A DNA stretch of 64,000 nt. Source: Takakia lepidozioides (Eukaryota > Plantae > Bryophyta). The stretch is from contig CM060731.1 of the NCBI GenBank assembly GCA_030704615.1, positions 7,564,001 to 7,628,000 on the forward strand. The letters are read 5' to 3'. The translations under genes and the position numbers were made by a program. The notes beneath the pieces were generated by a model. That model was not told the origin of the DNA, did not search any database, and saw nothing but the letters and a program-made list of their open reading frames with translations. Within the stretch, counting starts at the first letter, position 1. Each line of letters opens with the position of its first letter. Below are positions 59,785 through 64,000 of the stretch, piece after piece.

Positions 59785-60411
59785 GCTGGAGTACCATCTC
59801 CAGACCTTATAAGGCTATCCAATGATGCTTAAGATAGGCCTTCTCATGCTGATTTAACATGGTAAGTACCAAGCGGTACTTTTTGAACATTGAGGTCAGA
59901 GTTCTAAATTTAAAACAGCCCCGGTTACACTGTTTTAACTTAGAGAGATTACCAAGCAGCTGGAGTGATGGGCTTTTCAGATTACATAACACCTGTTTTA
60001 AGGTTGCCAAGCGATGCCATTGGAACCATCCTTTGAATTTGAAACAAGTTCAGTTTTACTATGTTAACTTGGAAAGTACCAAGTTGTACTTGACTTGGAA
60101 GAATACCAAGCAGTGGTCTTGTTGGGCTTTTTCAAAATACATAGGGTCTGGTTTAACTTATCGAACTAGCCTTTTGGAATACCCTTTGAGCTGGTGTTGT
60201 CTATAAAGTTATGATTATGCTCATTGTAGCACTCCACTCTGATTGAGTTTTGGAGAGATGATTGGAAAACCAGATCCAGACCTTTTGTGCATTCATGGAA
60301 CATAGAAATAGCATGCTGGCTGGTCTACATTATCAGGCTGGGCTCTTGGAATTGCAACACCTGCAACTCATTCTTAAAGGCTCAAGTGTTTATGCTGATC
60401 TGGTATGTACC
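59785..60411. repeat. About 626-bp direct repeat, copy 1
   Basis: Near-identical to 63018-63643. Confidence 0.92.
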
Positions 60412-63017
60412 AAAGGTGGTGTTTGTCCCGATTGTTTTTATAAGAAAAACAAGACTCCTTCAATGATGAATGACATCTGAATCTAGGGTGATGGTTGTCT
60501 TGGAAATCCCACCCTCCCACCCTAATTTTTCATGTGTTTTTAGGAAGATGACATGAGTTTTTATCAGGTAAGATGTTGCCTATGGAAGGTGAAGTTAGAT
60601 AGTGCCTTGTTATGAGGCTGATTTGTCGTTAATTTGACAAAGACCTTGTTTGGTCTCGTCCATGTCCCGACAAGACATAGTATCTTCCCTCTCTATTCTT
60701 GACCAGTGTACTTAGTGGTTTATGTACACGCTCTCTCTCTCTCTCTCACCTGCCATTTTCCAGTTTTCCTTACTATGATGTACTAACACCTTTAATGGCT
60801 TTTGCAGAGGTCTAGGAGAGCCATGGGGTATCAGCCCCCTATACCTCCATAACAATAGTGTGGAGCAACAAATCCCTCATAAGGTATGATGATCCTCTCC
60901 AACAAAAATTTGTTGGCGGATTGGACAACGAGAGAAAGACATTGCTGATATTACTTGAAGAACATCTAAGGGTTTCTTGCATACTGATAGTATTAGCTAG
61001 GCCCGGGTAAAACAGCCTGTTAGAGTATGTGTGTACACCTTCTACATGATCCGGTCAATGCACATTACTCCTGTTAACTGGTAACCTGTAGTTGATGCCT
61101 TATGTCAGCATCAGATCCCTTGTGATGAAAATCCTTCCCTACTCGTGGGCTTTAATACTTCTCCTGGATGTGGGTTTGCTCTTTATAGCACCACTAAAAA
61201 AATGCGCAGGTGTAACATGATATGTCCTTTTTCATACCTTAAGGAAATCTGGTTTTTAAACCATAAAGCTGGCTGATATGGTGAAAAGATGTGCAGCACA
61301 TTGCTGCCAATGTTCTTATTCACATGTTCATGTTGTGAATCACGGGCAGTAGACTACTGCCACTGGCTGAAGAACACAAGTTCTTATTCATACCTTTGGA
61401 AAAACGGTTCTAACCATAAAGTTGGCTGATATGGTGGAAAAATGTGCAGTAATTTACTACCATCGGTTGAAAAACACCTGTAATTTCTGAACTCTTGCAT
61501 GCCCAGCTATATGAATGTTTTGTCCATATTTTCTCTTGACTTGGGAAGCAGAGACTGTAGCTTTTTAACCGAATATAAAACTACATCGCACGGAGATCCT
61601 TCCTTGGTCTCTACTTCTTTACAAGAGCTTGTTGACAAGATAAGAGGTAACATGGAAAATGCATGACTCTATATTCTTGCCAAGTTTGATTTATGCTATG
61701 CCAATGGTCACTCGTGATCTGAGGGCAGAGAGAATGTAGACCTTTTATCTTTTTGGTATTCAAGTCCAAGAATAGAACTACATTGTAGAGGGAGAGCCTC
61801 ATGAGAATGGGTCTGGTATGCACTCCCTTACGGGGTGAGTGCATACCACACTCACTCCATAAGAGACTGCCATACCAAGGGTTGGATGGTGGGCGCCCCC
61901 TCTCTCCCTCTCTCCAATTATCTGTTTGGGATTAACAATTTTTTTCCTAAGCCTACCTAGTTTGGAAATACCTTCTTTCTAATCCCTAATGGAATATGTC
62001 TTGAATTTCATCCATACCGGATGAAAAAATGCCAGGTATAATCCCTAATTGGATGAATTATTGTCTTGAGCTTTACCACTAAGGATGTAGCCTGCAATTT
62101 TTCATCCATGACGGATTACATCCATCCTGGATGTTACCCTAACGGATGTAAACCTAAGAGGATGCAACTCTAATGAAGTGCAAAATTTCATCCCAGTGGA
62201 TGAAATCACGGGATGGTTTGCTAACCGCCTCTCTGCCCTAAGCACGGCACGATACTCGTGCTTGTTTTCTCTGGAGGATGGCGATGGCGGCTGAGCTGAG
62301 TGCTCGAGCATCACGATGCGCGTGCATTTTGTTTTTTCTTGCGCGATGGCGGCAGGCTCTTCCATTTCCCGCACTGGCAAATGACCTACTGTTGTGTTTG
62401 CCTGCAATCTTTCTTATTCATGAAGCAGCGGCGCTCATAAGGTGATGGGGGAAGTATCATGCACTTTGTAAATATGCACTTTGTCCTCAAATATCCCAAT
62501 TTGTTGCATTCTGCTGTGATCTCTTGAGATTCAGGTGTTGAATGCCGCAGCGTCCCACTCCACAAACGATCAAAGTTCTCTGTGGTGTCGCATCTATGTT
62601 TTACTTTTGATCAATTTGCTCACTGTAGAATGCATGTTGGACATGGATAGCAACTGTGAAGACCTGCTCCTCACCTCGTGCATCCTCACTAACACACATC
62701 TTGATGTGGTGGTTTTTGGGACGGGCACAGGTGAGGGTCTTCACTCGATGTGTATTTTTTCAGTTTGCAGATGATCAAAGGACTTGGCGATGGTGACGAT
62801 TGACGCTACATACTGCTTCAGTGGGGCATCCGATACGATTCGGCCTCTCAACCTTAATCCTTTTTGGGTTTTATGGGTTGTAACCTGATTATAAGTCAGT
62901 ATTCTGGTATGATACCAGTCTGAACTTTGGCACCATATTAGTGAGGTTTTCAACCTGATTGTAAATCAGTTTTCTGGCATGATACCAGTCTGAGCTTCGG
63001 CTGCATTTTGATATGGT

Positions 63018-63643
63018 GCTGGAGTACCATCTCCAGACCTTATAAGGCTATCCAATGATGCTTAAGATAGGCCTTCTCATGCTGATTTAAACACGGTAAG
63101 TATCAAGCGGTCCTTTTTGACCATTGAGGTCAGAGTTCTAAATTTAAAATAGCCCCGGTTACACTGTTTTAACTTAGAGATTACCAAGCAGCTGGCGTGA
63201 TGGGCTTTTCAGATTACATAACATCTGTTTTAAGGTTGCCAAGCGATGCCATTGGAACCATCCTTTGAATTTGAAACAGTTTCAGTTTTACTATGTTAAC
63301 TTGGAAAGTACCAAGTTGTACTTGACTTGGAAGAATACCAAGCAGTGGTCTTGTTGGGTTTTTTCAAAATACATAAGGGCTGGTTTAACTTATCGAACTA
63401 GCCTTTTGGAATACCCTTTGAGCTGGTGTTGTCTATAAAGTTATGATTATGCTCATTGTAGCACTCCACTCTGATTGAGTTTTGGAGAGATGATTGGAAA
63501 ACCAGATCCAGACCTTTTGTGCATTCATGGAACATAGAAATAGCATGCTGGCTGGTCTTCATTATCAGGCTGGGCTCTTGGAATTGCAACACCTACAACT
63601 CATTCTTAAAGGCTCAAGTGTTTATGCTGATCTGGTATGTACC
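63018..63643. repeat. About 626-bp direct repeat, copy 2
   Basis: Near-identical to 59785-60411. Confidence 0.92.
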
Positions 63644-64000
63644 TCAAAGTGATGCCAAAAAACGGCATCATGAGCGGTCGCAAGTAATAGTTGTTGCAGT
63701 AAGGCGATTTGATCCTCGATGATGATCATACCTTGGCCAGGGGACAACGACGCAATGGCGTGAGCACGTGAGCGCGTGCTCATGCAGGAGTGACGTGGCG
63801 TGAGCGTGCACCCACGCTGACGTGGCGTGAGCGTGATGTCATCAGGTTGACATGGCGGCAAATGCTGACGTGGCACTGTATCCCCATCTGCCACGTCAAC
63901 ATGAACATGCGGCGCCTATAACCGAGGATGGTCCTATGACCATGGGATTAATGCAAAGAATCATTACCTGAATAAAAGATGATTGTAGTGCATAACGACA

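Overview
Eukaryotic genomic DNA, most likely from a non-seed land plant (moss, lycophyte or fern; inferred from the mix of TE lineages and the intron style), made almost entirely of nested transposable elements. It contains one intact host gene: a two-coding-exon CPSF6/CFIm68-type RRM gene at 52999-55387 (-). It also holds scattered exons of a broken LRR receptor-like gene. TEs with ends supported by TSD/TIR/LTR evidence: (A) three copies of a Galadriel-like chromoviral Ty3/Gypsy (1083-6808 -, 9127-16059 +, 56745-58552 truncated); (B) a Tcn1/sushi-like Gypsy family (solo LTR 751-7132 split by A1; 5' LTR plus gag at 29678-30960) whose PBS looks self-priming; (C) a non-chromoviral Gypsy (33685-41162 -) whose RT is fused in frame to an unknown 3' ORF; and a 21.7-kb CACTA (7566-29222; 18-bp TIRs, CAT TSD). 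In the CACTA, TnpD and a TnpA-like gene are divergent, and the TnpA-like gene appears to carry an FCP1/NIF-type HAD phosphatase domain. Also present: a Helitron fragment, a Helentron-type OTU-Rep-Pif1-endonuclease gene with an adjacent RPA70-like gene, an orphan ORF resembling a viral-type ssDNA-binding protein, RTE-X-like and L1-like LINE fragments, and a Penelope-like RT lacking a C-terminal GIY-YIG. The most novel-looking items are the CACTA-borne phosphatase domain, the viral-type SSB next to the RPA/Helentron block, the OTU plus endonuclease Helentron, and the Penelope-like RT. All family and domain assignments come from motif recognition by eye; no database search was run.
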